Positions 9,764 to 20,162 of a stretch of DNA of 64,000 bases are shown in pieces. The notes below the pieces were generated by a model. The model was not told where the DNA came from and did no database searches. It saw nothing but the letters and a program-made list of their open reading frames with translations. A program made the translations under genes and the position numbers. The DNA lies in contig CAWDZM010000001.1 of the NCBI GenBank assembly GCA_963807165.1, positions 577,471 through 641,470 on the forward strand, read 5' to 3'. The stretch comes from an uncultured bacterium (lineage in GTDB: Bacteria > Patescibacteriota > Minisyncoccia > UBA6257 > 2-01-FULL-56-20). Positions within the stretch are counted from its first letter, which is position 1. The number at the start of each line of letters is the position of its first letter.

Positions 9764-11440
9764 CTACCACACTAAATCCCCCGTTGCGCTGACTACCTCA
9801 TCGAACGTCGTCTTTCCCTCGAGCACTTTTAATATCCCATCCTGCTGCATTGTGACCATCTCTTGCCGCGCGGCAACCTCGCGAAGCGCGACCTCGGAAG
9901 CCTCACGCAAAATAGTTTTCTCCAGATCGCCGCCGCCTTCCAAAAACTCGAACACTCCGACGCGACCTTTATATCCTATGCCATTGCACTTTTCACATCC
10001 CGCTGGCGCGTAAATTTTATATCCCTCATACGGTTTTTTATCCACCGTCGGCGGAAGCGCGACGAGGAATTTTGTTATCTTCTCTGCTGTCGGCGTATCC
10101 ACGTCAACGGCTTTCTTACAATCCGGGCACAACACGCGCACCAGGCGTTGCGCAATCGCGAGCGAGAGCGCCGGGCCGATACTCACGGCTTTCACGCCAA
10201 GATTGATCAAGCGCGGCACCGCACCAACCGCATCGTTTGTGTGTAGTGTAGATAAGACTAAATGCCCGGTCAGTGCCGCTTCTAAAGCGATGTCTGCCGT
10301 CTCAAGATCACGCACCTCGCCGACAAGGATCACATCCGGATCCTGCCGAACGATCGCACGCAAGCCATTGCCAAAGGTATACCCCGCCTCATCATTGATC
10401 TGCGTCTGTTCGATTCCCTCGATACGATATTCGATCGGATCCTCAAGCGTAATGATCTTCATCGTCGGATCGTTGATTGCGCGTAAAAACGCATATAGTG
10501 TGGTCGTTTTTCCGGAACCGGTAGGGCCGGTGTTCAGTATCAACCCGTTCGGCTGTGCAATTTTTTTCTTTACCAACTCAAGATTGTCCGCGCGCAAACC
10601 GAGCTGTGGAAGAGTGACCATCGTCGCCGATGGATCGAGCACGCGCATAACGATCGTCTCGCCGAACTCCGCCGGGATCACCGACACGCGCATTTCGACA
10701 TCCTTGCCGCCAAGCCCAATCGTGAACCGACCGTCCTGCGCCGCATCGTGAATATTCAACTTCATCCCAGCAAGCAATTTGATGCGCGAGACGAATGTGC
10801 GATAAGAATCGAGCGGAAGTCCGTCAAAAATATCGTGCAACAATCCGTCGACGCGAAAACGGATCTTCGCTCCTTTCTCTCCCGCCTCGGTGTGGATATC
10901 CGATGCGCGCAACCCCATCGCACCCGCCAACATGATCTCAATGAGCGCCACCGGCGACACGTTCGCGAGTGGAAGTGTTGCGATCTCTTTGTGCGCCGCA
11001 TCGATCGTCGTCAACCGTGCCTTCAGCGCGTTCAAGCGCTCTTCGGTGATACTCACCTTTCCCGTGATCGTCGCCGATTCAGGTTTTATAAATTGATAAA
11101 AATGCCACGCCGCCTCCATACTCGACGGCGAGACCACCACCACCTTCACTTCATAATTTTTTGCCGCCAGCTCTTCCACCACTTTTTTCGTCGCCGGCGA
11201 TTCCGGATTGATCGCCGCAAGCGCCACTTTTTCCGCCTTCACTTCAATGGCAGCGGCCTGCGCAGTCTTTGCCTCAAGCTCGGGCAAGAGTCGCACCGCA
11301 TCAAGCGACACGGGAACCTTCGCTAAATCCACATACGAAAGGCCAAGTTTCTCCGCCAAGCGCTCCGCGGCACGCTCCTCGCCGTCGCGGTGGAGCTTCG
11401 CAAGCTTCTCTTTAAGGTCATTTTGAGGTGCATCAAGCAT
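9764..11440 (-). CDS. pilB: Type IV pilus / T2SS assembly ATPase (GspE/PilB family)
   Basis: ASDIH, QDGRF, TGPTGSGKTTTLY, EDPIEY, RQDPDVILVGEVRD, STLHTN, paired CxxC. Confidence 0.93.
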   Translation of the reverse strand: MLDAPQNDLKEKLAKLHRDGEERAAERLAEKLGLSYVDLAKVPVSLDAVRLLPELEAKTAQAAAIEVKAEKVALAAINPESPATKKVVEELAAKNYEVKVVVVSPSSMEAAWHFYQFIKPESATITGKVSITEERLNALKARLTTIDAAHKEIATLPLANVSPVALIEIMLAGAMGLRASDIHTEAGEKGAKIRFRVDGLLHDIFDGLPLDSYRTFVSRIKLLAGMKLNIHDAAQDGRFTIGLGGKDVEMRVSVIPAEFGETIVMRVLDPSATMVTLPQLGLRADNLELVKKKIAQPNGLILNTGPTGSGKTTTLYAFLRAINDPTMKIITLEDPIEYRIEGIEQTQINDEAGYTFGNGLRAIVRQDPDVILVGEVRDLETADIALEAALTGHLVLSTLHTNDAVGAVPRLINLGVKAVSIGPALSLAIAQRLVRVLCPDCKKAVDVDTPTAEKITKFLVALPPTVDKKPYEGYKIYAPAGCEKCNGIGYKGRVGVFEFLEGGGDLEKTILREASEVALREVAARQEMVTMQQDGILKVLEGKTTFDEVVSATGDLVW

Positions 11441-11573
11441 TGCTATGATGATACCCCTTTAAAATGTGCCATTCAAGGCAGTAGTTGACAGATAGATGGG
11501 TTAGATGATATAATACGCTAGTAGTTGCAACTTGAAATCAGGCGAGTGCCCTAAAAAGCACAAAGGAGACCCC

Positions 11574-12062
11574 ATGAAGATAGCCAGGAGTTTTTTGATG
11601 TGGAGTGGGTATATCTTATTCACTACCGCTCTCGTATGGGCACAGGCAAAAACCGCCACAGCCCGCCCCGACCTTCGCAATGAAAAAATCGCGATCGATC
11701 TCGGGAACACCCCAACGGGTCAGCTGCTGACAGCCGACGCCAAGAAGCGCCTCGCGGCTGACGGCGCGGCCGAGCTCATCACGGGGATAAATCCCTGCGA
11801 TGACAAGCGTGCGACGGCATGCCTCCGATATAGCATCGTCGGCGACCCGCGGACGTGGCACGAAGTCAACGTATTAATGTTCGTCCCCTCCGCCGACGCG
11901 AAACCGCCGACGATATCGCGGCGAACTCAATGCAAAACACTCGGCAGTGGCGACGACCAAAAGGCTGTCGCCGTCGGACTCGCTGAACTCTTTGGCGGGA
12001 GTCCTCTCGTTAAAGAGAGTGACTCAAAGAACTGCAAGGTAATCTTGCCCGCAGGCGCCTAA
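11574..12062 (+). CDS. Hypothetical exported ORFan
   Basis: AAGGAG SD, signal-like N-terminus, 4 Cys, promoter TTGACA 11485 / TATAAT 11509, downstream hairpin plus T-run. Confidence 0.65.
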   Translation: MKIARSFLMWSGYILFTTALVWAQAKTATARPDLRNEKIAIDLGNTPTGQLLTADAKKRLAADGAAELITGINPCDDKRATACLRYSIVGDPRTWHEVNVLMFVPSADAKPPTISRRTQCKTLGSGDDQKAVAVGLAELFGGSPLVKESDSKNCKVILPAGA

Positions 12063-12173
12063 TACGCCCGCACCACCCGCCGGAGAGAAGACAAACCAGT
12101 CTTCTCCCCGGCGGCTTTTTTTTGCCTGGGCGCGGCGATATAATGCGAAGGATAGAAATAGAACACAACAACC

Positions 12174-12716
12174 ATGTCCGGACATTCACATTGGTCAGGA
12201 ATAAAACACAAAAAAGAGATCACCGATAAGAAGCGGGCGAAAATATTTTCTAAATCGCTCAAGTTGATCTCGGCTGCGGCGCGCGGAGAACCGAACCCGG
12301 ATTTTAATCCGCGACTGCGCACCGCCGTGGCAAAAGCCCGCGAGGTGGGCGTGCCAGCGGATACGATCGAGCGTGCCATCAAACGCGCCGCAGATCCCGC
12401 GGAAAAACTTGAGGAGTTATTATTCGAAGCATACGGTCCCGGCGGCGCGGCGATCCTGATCACCGCGATCAGCGACAGCCGCAACCGCACTGTGCAGGAG
12501 GTAAAAACCATCCTGCGCGACCATAGTGGAAAGTGGGCGGAGACCGGAAGCGTGCAGTGGGTGTTCGAATTGATGAGTGGAGAGGAGCGGGATTGGATAT
12601 CAAAATTTCCCCAAAATATTCCGGATGAAGAAAAACAAAAACTTGTGGATCTACTTGAAGCGCTCGAGGAAAACGATGACGTTCAAAATGTCTATTCAAA
12701 TATAAATTTCACATGA
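12174..12716 (+). CDS. yebC: YebC/PmpR family protein (short form)
   Basis: MSGHSHWSGIKHKK, EAYGPGG, NDDVQNVYSN. Confidence 0.95.
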   Translation: MSGHSHWSGIKHKKEITDKKRAKIFSKSLKLISAAARGEPNPDFNPRLRTAVAKAREVGVPADTIERAIKRAADPAEKLEELLFEAYGPGGAAILITAISDSRNRTVQEVKTILRDHSGKWAETGSVQWVFELMSGEERDWISKFPQNIPDEEKQKLVDLLEALEENDDVQNVYSNINFT

Positions 12717-13195
12717 TCGCACTCGGCATCGACCCGGGAAGCCGGAGGATAGGATATGGCGTGGTGAATTGCACTGGTCAAAAGATGACTTTTTTGGCGG
12801 CGGGAATTTTAACCATAACCTCCACGGATGACATTTCCGCGCTCGAAGAAACAAAAAAAGGCGTTGATGCGCTCATAAAAAAACACCGGCCGGACGTGAT
12901 GGCGATCGAAAAACTGTTCTTCGCAAAGAATGTAAAGACCGCGCTCGCGGTGGCGCAAGCGCGCGGCGTCATTCTTCTTGCAACTAAAGAGCGTGGCGTT
13001 CGTATAAAAGAGTACACTCCAAACGAAGTGAAGTCCGGAGTGGCAGGATATGGCTTTGCGGACAAGAAAGCCATCCTCAAGATGGTACGTCTCATCCTCG
13101 GCAAGCAGGATCTTAAGGTGATCGATGACGCGAGCGACGCACTCGCGCTCGCTATTTTATCCACAGGAGACCATAGCCTTGACAGCGCGCGATGA
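12713..13195 (+). CDS. ruvC: Holliday junction resolvase RuvC
   Basis: LGIDPG, AIEKLFF, AQARGV, DDASDALA. Confidence 0.96.
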   Translation: MIALGIDPGSRRIGYGVVNCTGQKMTFLAAGILTITSTDDISALEETKKGVDALIKKHRPDVMAIEKLFFAKNVKTALAVAQARGVILLATKERGVRIKEYTPNEVKSGVAGYGFADKKAILKMVRLILGKQDLKVIDDASDALALAILSTGDHSLDSAR

Positions 13196-13247
13196 TACAA
13201 TATACTGGTTGAAAAATAAAAAGGTCGTTTTTTAATTATTAGCAATC

Positions 13248-13415
13248 ATGACAACCGAATTACTTCCGTTAACGTTGGAATTTCGCGGATTGAGCGATGA
13301 AGACCCGGATGAGATAGCCATCGACAGCCCGGATGTCGACGAAGATGAGGATGATGACGATGATCTCCCCGAGGATAGCGACGACAGCGCTTCACCAGCA
13401 GATCCGCTGGAATAA
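13248..13415 (+). CDS. Very acidic 55-aa microprotein
   Basis: MTTELLPLTLEFRGLSDEDPDEIAIDSPDVDEDEDDDDDLPEDSDDSASPADPLE; own promoter (TTGACA 13179, TATACT 13201) and terminator. Confidence 0.65.
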   Translation: MTTELLPLTLEFRGLSDEDPDEIAIDSPDVDEDEDDDDDLPEDSDDSASPADPLE

Positions 13416-13480
13416 AAAATACCCCTTGCTGCACTCCGACGTAGGAACGTCCGCTCGCTTAGCAAGGGGTATTTTTTATT
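13411..13480. terminator. 20-bp perfect inverted repeat with a 30-nt structured loop
   Basis: AATAAAAAATACCCCTTGCT / AGCAAGGGGTATTTTTTATT. Confidence 0.7.
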
Positions 13481-13524
13481 CCACAGAACAAGGAAAAGAG
13501 GTAAAATAAGGAGGCACTTTACCT

Positions 13525-15654
13525 ATGAATGACGATTTAAAGCCGGTTCGGCGGCAAAAAAGAAAGCGGTATATTAAAATCCTCCAGATAGCCGGATTGG
13601 TTGTGGCGGCTTGCGTGATTATTCTTTGCCTCGCGGTGCTCTATTTTGCAAAAACCGTGCCGTCCATCCAGGAAATCGGCAGCCAACAGATCAGCCAGTC
13701 CACGAAGATCTACGATCGCACGGGAACAGTACTGCTTTATGATATCGACAACGGCGACCACCGGACGCTTGTACCCTTCGACCAAATTCCACAGAACCTT
13801 AAAGACGCAACGATCGCTATCGAGGACCAAAATTTTTATAACGAACCGGCGTTCGACATTAAGGGAATCATCCGTGCGCTTTTTGTGGACATTACCACCC
13901 ATTCTTTTGCCGAGGGCGGTTCGACGCTTACCCAACAGCTCGCGCGCACCGCATTCCTTACGCTCGACCAGACGGTTTCACGCAAAATCCGAGAATTTAT
14001 CCTCGCGGTCAAGTTAAATGAATATTATTCAAAAGATCAGATCCTCGCGCTGTATTTGAACGAGGTTCCCTATGGCCCGAATATTTCCGGCGTGGGAGAA
14101 GCGGCACAAGATTATTTCGGCGTGCCGGTGAGCCAGCTCAACATCGCACAGAGCGCGGTGCTCGCCGCACTTCCGCAAGCCCCGACGTATTATTCTCCCT
14201 ACGGCACACACGTAAGCGAGCTTCTCCAACGGCAACAGTTGGTGCTTCAGCAAATGTATAACACCGGTAAAATCACAAAGGCACAGCTGACTGCAGCGCA
14301 GAATTTTAAAATCGTGTTCCAGCCACAAACGGCAAGCGGCACAGGGATCCGTGCGCCGCACTTTGTGATGGCGGTGGAAAATTATCTTGTGCAGAAATAC
14401 GGTGAGAACGAGGTTGATAACGGCGGCCTTAAAGTGATCACGACACTCAATTGGACGATGCAACAGCAGGCCGAGGCGGCGGTCACTGCGGGCGTCGCAC
14501 GCAACACGCAACTCTATCAGGCGACGAACGCCGCGATGGTGGCGCAAGACCCCGTGACGGGGCAAATCTTGGCGCTGGTTGGCTCTGCAAATTACTTTGA
14601 CACGGCAAATGATGGCAACTTCGATGTGGCAACGCAAGGCCTTCGTCAGCCGGGTTCATCGCTCAAGCCATTTGTGTACATGACCGCATTCCAGATGGGC
14701 TATACACCAGATACAATTTTATTTGATGTGCCTACAGAATTCAGCACCAACGCCGGATGTCCCGCAGTCCCCGATTTTAACTCGACCAATAAGAACTGTT
14801 TCCATCCGCAAGATTTCGAAGGCACATTCGCGGGGCCGCTTTCTATTCGCGACGCACTTGCCCAGTCGGTAAACGTACCCGCAGTAAAAGCGCTTTATCT
14901 CGTCGGCGAAAAAAATGCTATTCAAAACGCTTATAACTTTGGGCTCACCACCCTTACTAATCCGTCACAATATGGGCTCTCGCTCGTACTCGGCGGCGGC
15001 GCAGTAAAACTTATCGATCTCACAGAGGCATATTCTGTACTTTCACAACAGGGCGTTAAGCACGCGCAATCGATGGTGCTCTCCGTGACTGATGCAAATG
15101 GAAATATGCTCGAGTCATATCAAGACCAAGCCACACAGGTGGCGGACGCGCAATCAGTAAACTTAATAAATGACATCTTATCCGATGCCGCCGCGCGCGC
15201 GCCACTCATGGGCGCGAGTCAGGGCCTGACCGTTTTCCCCGGCTATGATGTGGCACTGAAAACTGGTACGTCAAATAATTATACCGATGCATGGGCAATG
15301 GGATACACACCATCCCTTGTTGTCGGCGTTTGGGCAGGAAATAATAATGATGCGCCGATGCAAAAAGCGGGATCAAGTATTTTGGCCGCAGTGCCGATGT
15401 GGAGTGCGTTTATGACCCAGGCACTGCCGGAGGTACCGAACACCACCTTTACCCCGCCAGACCCAACCAACGCCACTAAGCCGGTATTAACAGGGCAATA
15501 CGTGATCAATGGAGAGGTACACGATATTCTCTACTATGTGGATAAATCTAACCCCACCGGGGCAGATCCGACGAATCCCGCAATGGATCCTGAATATAAT
15601 AATTGGGAAACAGGAGTGGAAAACTGGGCGCGCGCGAACGGGTACGGGATCTAA
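13525..15654 (+). CDS. Class A penicillin-binding protein (PBP1A family)
   Basis: EDQNFY, GGSTLTQQL, RKIRE, YLNEV (transglycosylase); SSLK, SVN, KTGT (transpeptidase). Confidence 0.95.
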   Translation: MNDDLKPVRRQKRKRYIKILQIAGLVVAACVIILCLAVLYFAKTVPSIQEIGSQQISQSTKIYDRTGTVLLYDIDNGDHRTLVPFDQIPQNLKDATIAIEDQNFYNEPAFDIKGIIRALFVDITTHSFAEGGSTLTQQLARTAFLTLDQTVSRKIREFILAVKLNEYYSKDQILALYLNEVPYGPNISGVGEAAQDYFGVPVSQLNIAQSAVLAALPQAPTYYSPYGTHVSELLQRQQLVLQQMYNTGKITKAQLTAAQNFKIVFQPQTASGTGIRAPHFVMAVENYLVQKYGENEVDNGGLKVITTLNWTMQQQAEAAVTAGVARNTQLYQATNAAMVAQDPVTGQILALVGSANYFDTANDGNFDVATQGLRQPGSSLKPFVYMTAFQMGYTPDTILFDVPTEFSTNAGCPAVPDFNSTNKNCFHPQDFEGTFAGPLSIRDALAQSVNVPAVKALYLVGEKNAIQNAYNFGLTTLTNPSQYGLSLVLGGGAVKLIDLTEAYSVLSQQGVKHAQSMVLSVTDANGNMLESYQDQATQVADAQSVNLINDILSDAAARAPLMGASQGLTVFPGYDVALKTGTSNNYTDAWAMGYTPSLVVGVWAGNNNDAPMQKAGSSILAAVPMWSAFMTQALPEVPNTTFTPPDPTNATKPVLTGQYVINGEVHDILYYVDKSNPTGADPTNPAMDPEYNNWETGVENWARANGYGI

Positions 15655-15671
15655 TTAATAGCGCCACTTGG

Positions 15672-16784
15672 CTAGGATTTTAAAATCGGCTTCAGTACGT
15701 AGAAATACGAGGTATCACTGACAGCCCGGACGAGCGCCGGACCGGCGTCTTCTTGTAGGCCGATAAATAACTCTGCGGCCTTAATACTTTTAAGCGGATC
15801 AGAAAGATACCGCCAGTTGAAAAATACTTCCGGAATATCGCCTTTTATCTTTGCGGGGAGGATATTATTATTTTCGCCAAGCGCCTGGTCAGCGGAGCTG
15901 ATCTCGATCGCTTTTTTATTTTGATGAATTTTTATTTTCACTTCGCTATTTTTTTGCCCAAACACGCCGGCGAGTTTTATCGCATTTAAAAATTCATCGC
16001 GCTCCACCACAATTTCCGCGGCGAATTCTTGCGGCACAATCGCAGAATAATCCGGGAAGGTGCCTTCCACTAACCGCGAGATCATCTCTGTTTGATCGGT
16101 TTTGAATAGCACTTGATTCTCATCCTGGTAGATCCGCACCACCTCGTCGTCGCGCATGATTCGCGCAAGTTCTAAACTTGTGCGAAGCGGAATAAGCATC
16201 TTAAACGACTCTTTCTTTTTTGCGGCAAAAAGATTTGAAGGAATAGATCGTTCTGCTAAGCGGAATCCGTCAGTGGATGCGAGCACGAGGCTTTCAATTG
16301 AAAAATTAAATAATACACTATTCAACTCCGGGCGCAGGTCGGAATATTGCGAAGCAACCGTAACCTGCTGGACCGCTTCTCGTAAAAATACGCTTTTTAT
16401 CTCGATATAGCTTTCGGTATTTTTTATTGCCGGCGTTATAGGAAAATCTTCCGGCGACATCCCATTGATCATCGCGCTGTAATTATCCGTCGCGATCTCA
16501 AGATTATTTTCTTTCTTTTCAAAATTCAACCGGTCGCTTTGGATATTACCAATAAGACTGGAGAAAAGTGCCAATGGCACCGTAATTCTTCCATCCTCAA
16601 TCACTTTTCCCGCAACGCGATGAGTGATCGCAATCTCAAGATTGGTGGCAGTGAAGGTGATGGTATTATTTTCGGCTTCAATGAGAATATTTTTTAATAT
16701 CGGCAGATTGGTATTTTCACCAACCGCTTTCTCAATCACCGAAACCGCATCTTTAATGTTCGCCCTAATCGCAATAAATTTCAT
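15672..16784 (-). CDS. dnaN: DNA polymerase III beta clamp
   Basis: ATNLEI, STDGFRL, SRLVEGTFPDY; downstream of dnaA. Confidence 0.97.
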   Translation of the reverse strand: MKFIAIRANIKDAVSVIEKAVGENTNLPILKNILIEAENNTITFTATNLEIAITHRVAGKVIEDGRITVPLALFSSLIGNIQSDRLNFEKKENNLEIATDNYSAMINGMSPEDFPITPAIKNTESYIEIKSVFLREAVQQVTVASQYSDLRPELNSVLFNFSIESLVLASTDGFRLAERSIPSNLFAAKKKESFKMLIPLRTSLELARIMRDDEVVRIYQDENQVLFKTDQTEMISRLVEGTFPDYSAIVPQEFAAEIVVERDEFLNAIKLAGVFGQKNSEVKIKIHQNKKAIEISSADQALGENNNILPAKIKGDIPEVFFNWRYLSDPLKSIKAAELFIGLQEDAGPALVRAVSDTSYFYVLKPILKS

Positions 16785-16918
16785 CTCTTAATTATAAATT
16801 ATATTTAAATACTTTTTATTAGAGTTGTTATTAGTGAAGGGTGTTTCTGGGGATAACTTCATCTTTATCCAATATTCATAATCCTTATTCGCCATTCGCG
16901 GTGGGGATAAGGACAGGA
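16785..16918. other. Putative oriC part (AT-rich tract plus DnaA-box-like sites)
   Basis: AT-rich 16785-16835; TGGGGATAA at 16848 and 16902; TTATCCAAT at 16865; located between dnaA and dnaN. Confidence 0.55.
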
Positions 16919-18270
16919 TTAACTCTTATAAATCATATCCTTTATAGTTAATATCTTTTGATTAAGTGCGGGATTCCTGTTGATTTCCTGGTTGATCTTT
17001 TCATAGGAGTGGATGGCGGTGGTGTGATCTCTCCCCAGCTTTTCACCAATATACGGATAGGAAAGCTCCGAGATATCCCGAAGAAGATAGATCGCGATCT
17101 GGCGTGGCTCCACCACCTCCTTGCGGCGATTATGACTCACTAGGTCTTCGACGGCGATATTAAAGAACTCGGCCACAGACTTTAAAATCTGGGCATCACT
17201 GACGCGCTTAGAGAGGTTTTGGGTGACTTTTTCTATGATTTCCTCGGCAGATTTTATATTAATCTCGGTCTGTTTGCGCTCCTCAAAGAATATGATCTTT
17301 TTAAGCACCCCTTCCAACTCACGGATATTCTTTCGGAGCCGTTTTGCGATAAGATCCACAATCTGATCACTCAGTTTGTGGTTCATATCCTGGAGTTTGC
17401 TCTTAATGATCGCCACGCGCATCTCGTATTCTGGATACGACACATCAGCGATCAGGCCACCTTCAAAACGCGACCTGAGGCGTTCCTCGAGGGTTGGCAG
17501 GGATTGTGGCGGACGGTCGGACGAGATAATGATCTGTTTATTATTTTCATACAGCGCGTTGAAGGTATGAAAGAATTCCTCTTCGGTTTTTTCCTTTCCG
17601 CCGATGAATTGAATATCGTCGATGATTAACACATCAACATCGCGATATTTTTTTTCACACTCTCAATGCGATCATTGCGAAGTCCCCAGACGATATCGCG
17701 CGTAAACTGTTCCGACGAAACATACTTCGTTTTAATCTTTCCTTTAAATTTTGCATTAAGCTCATTGCCGATTGCTTGGATGAGGTGGGTCTTTCCGAGG
17801 CCGACGCCGCCGTAGATAAAAAATGGATTATATTTTGAGCCGGGCGTTTCAGTGATGGCCGTCGCGGCGGCGAAGGCGAGCTCGTTCGACGGCCCAACGA
17901 CGAACGATGCGAGGGTATATTTGGGATTTAATCCGGTTTCCGGATCGGTTTTATTAAAATCAAGCTCTACGTTGCCGCTTTGGACATCTTTTTGGTCAGA
18001 GGTGGGCTTGGTTTGTGTAAAAACTTTATTCCCCACCACAAATTCAATCTTTTTGACCGATGTATCCATATTACGAACGATCCCGATGATATTTTTCTGA
18101 TATTTTTCCTCCACCCACGTCTTGGCAAAGTTGCTCGGGAGGGCGATACGTAACGTATCATCTTTTTTATCAATCGGCCGACTATTTTTTAACCATGTTG
18201 CGAAGTGGGCCTTCGTTAATTGAACCTCCATCTCCCCCAACGTCGACTGCCACATTTGTTCAAGGTCCAT
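16919..18270 (-). CDS. dnaA: Chromosomal replication initiator DnaA, one-base frameshift in an A8 run at about 17650
   Basis: YNPFFIYGGVGLGKTHL, then LIIDDIQF, FFHTFN, RDHTTAIH. Adding one A joins the two ORFs (VKKKYRDVDVLIIDD). Confidence 0.95.
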
Positions 18271-18429
18271 TATTAAAAAATAATTAAGTTTGTGGATTCA
18301 TTATTATCTCTTCCGTTACACAAGTCAAAGAGGCGTACACGCCGGAAAGTTATCTTCCTGTGGATTACATGGGGAGAACGCACATTGGTGGGTTTTGCTT
18401 TTTGAAAACACTGTGGTATTATCGAGGGA

Positions 18430-18564
18430 ATGTCGTTCACATACAATCCAAAGAAAAAGAAGCGCAAGACCACTCATGGTTTTTTGGTGCGCCAGGCGAC
18501 TCCTACTGGCCGCCGCGTCCTTTCCCGTCGCCGCGCGAAGGGAAGGAAGAAGTTAGCCGTATAA
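18430..18564 (+). CDS. rpmH: 50S ribosomal protein L34
   Basis: [44 protein letters not shown]; divergent from dnaA. Confidence 0.95.
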   Translation: MSFTYNPKKKKRKTTHGFLVRQATPTGRRVLSRRRAKGRKKLAV

Positions 18565-18583
18565 ACGGCCATTGGCCATCCCT

Positions 18584-18900
18584 ATGGCAGTTAAAATAAC
18601 GCGCCTTCCATCAGATCAATTCCGCGCCCGGGGATATAAAACAACCCCCACTCCGTTTTTTTTATTAAAGACAAAAAAGAACACCGTTCTCCGCGCCCGG
18701 ATTGGGATCGTGGTGGGAGGTCGGTTCATAAGACCGCGGTAAAGAGAAATTTTTGGAAGCGTCAGGCGCGTGCCACGCTCGCGGCGCATGCGATCATCGG
18801 GCATGATATCCTTATGATAGTTTCGCCCAACGCAAATCGCCTCACTAAAAAACAATTTAAAGACGAGATGCTGAAAACGCTCAACAAAACCCAATTTTAA
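18584..18900 (+). CDS. rnpA: RNase P protein, one-base frameshift at about 18716
   Basis: RIGIVVG / RSVHKTAVKRNFWKR motif across frames; rpmH-rnpA-yidC synteny. Confidence 0.85.
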
Positions 18901-18909
18901 TAAAAAATA

Positions 18910-19623
18910 ATGGTCTATCTCTACCAGCAGATATTTTATCGGCCGATCCTCAATCTCCTTATTTATTTTTATAATACGATCGCCTATCACGATCTCGGCA
19001 TCGCCATTATTTTAGTCACGCTTTTTATCCGGCTCATCCTCTATCCATTTTTTCACACCGGCGCGAAACAGCAGATGCTCATGCAGCGCATCCAGCCGAA
19101 GATAAAAGAGATCCAGACAAAACATAAAGACGATCGTGACCAACAGGCGAAGGCGTTGATGGAATTATATAAAGAGCACGGCGTGAATCCATTCTCCGGT
19201 ATATTATTACTTATCATTCAAATCCCAATCCTCCTCACATTCTATTGGGTGATCCGTTCCGGCATCGGCACTGCGCAGATGACGGGATTATATTCTTTTA
19301 TTACGACGCCACACAGCATCAATACCATTTTCCTCGGCTTTATCGATCTCGCCAAGCCGAATTTTATTCTTATCATCGCCGCCGCCCTCGCGCAATATTT
19401 TCAAGCAAAGCTTGCCATCTACCGCGCGCCGTCCAATACTGGTCCACTCTCGCAAGCAGAAAAGATCGCGCGTCAGATGGTATTCGTTGGCCCACTCATT
19501 ACTATCCTCGTATTCTATAATTTTCCCGCGGCACTCGGCCTTTATTGGCTGATGAGCTCTCTCTTCTCTGCCGTCCAGCAATATTTTGTTAATAAGCATT
19601 TAATAAAAAAGTACGGCGTATAG
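18910..19623 (+). CDS. yidC: Membrane protein insertase YidC/Oxa1
   Basis: GIAIILVTLFIRLILYP, LYKEHGVNP, PAALGLYW. Confidence 0.95.
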   Translation: MVYLYQQIFYRPILNLLIYFYNTIAYHDLGIAIILVTLFIRLILYPFFHTGAKQQMLMQRIQPKIKEIQTKHKDDRDQQAKALMELYKEHGVNPFSGILLLIIQIPILLTFYWVIRSGIGTAQMTGLYSFITTPHSINTIFLGFIDLAKPNFILIIAAALAQYFQAKLAIYRAPSNTGPLSQAEKIARQMVFVGPLITILVFYNFPAALGLYWLMSSLFSAVQQYFVNKHLIKKYGV

Positions 19624-19683
19624 TGCAAAAATAGGCTTAGCGCTTGATTTTGTTTGCGTAATATGGAATAGTTACGGGAACGC

Positions 19684-20118
19684 ATGGATAACTGGGAATC
19701 ATATATTAAAAAAACATTAGACCTTATCGGGTTTAAGGACTATCACTTGGAAATAAAGATAGACGAGCGCCGGGGCTCAGTTTTTATCTACGAGGACGTG
19801 GAGATGGTAAAAGAGAACCTTCCCGCAATTGTGGATGCGGTGAACCATATTCTCCAGATGGTGGCAAAGAAGAATCAGGCCGAGGCGATCTTCCTCGACG
19901 TGAATAATTATCGCCATGACCGTGAGCGATTAATCGCGGAGCTCGCCCGCGCGGCAGCCAAAAAAGCATCAAGCACAAAAACGGAAGTTTCGCTCCCTGC
20001 GATGAATTCTTACGAGCGCCGATTGGTGCACATGGAGCTCGCCGTGCATCCGGAGGTAAAAACAGAAAGTGCTGGCGAAGGAAAAGAACGATACGTTGTT
20101 ATAAAACCCATCGCATAA
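19684..20118 (+). CDS. Jag/KhpB-like R3H RNA-binding protein
   Basis: LDVNNYR, PAMNSYERRLVH, S.GEGKERYVVI; follows yidC. Confidence 0.88.
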   Translation: MDNWESYIKKTLDLIGFKDYHLEIKIDERRGSVFIYEDVEMVKENLPAIVDAVNHILQMVAKKNQAEAIFLDVNNYRHDRERLIAELARAAAKKASSTKTEVSLPAMNSYERRLVHMELAVHPEVKTESAGEGKERYVVIKPIA

Positions 20119-20162
20119 AAAATACCTCCTATGATAGGAGGTATTTTTTATTATGCGCCTAT

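Noticed and set aside
17626-17660. Programmed frameshift or slippage in dnaA (A8 run)
   Set aside because: Similar single-base breaks occur in rnpA, tsaE and pcrA, which points to uncorrected long-read indels. Read mapping would settle it.
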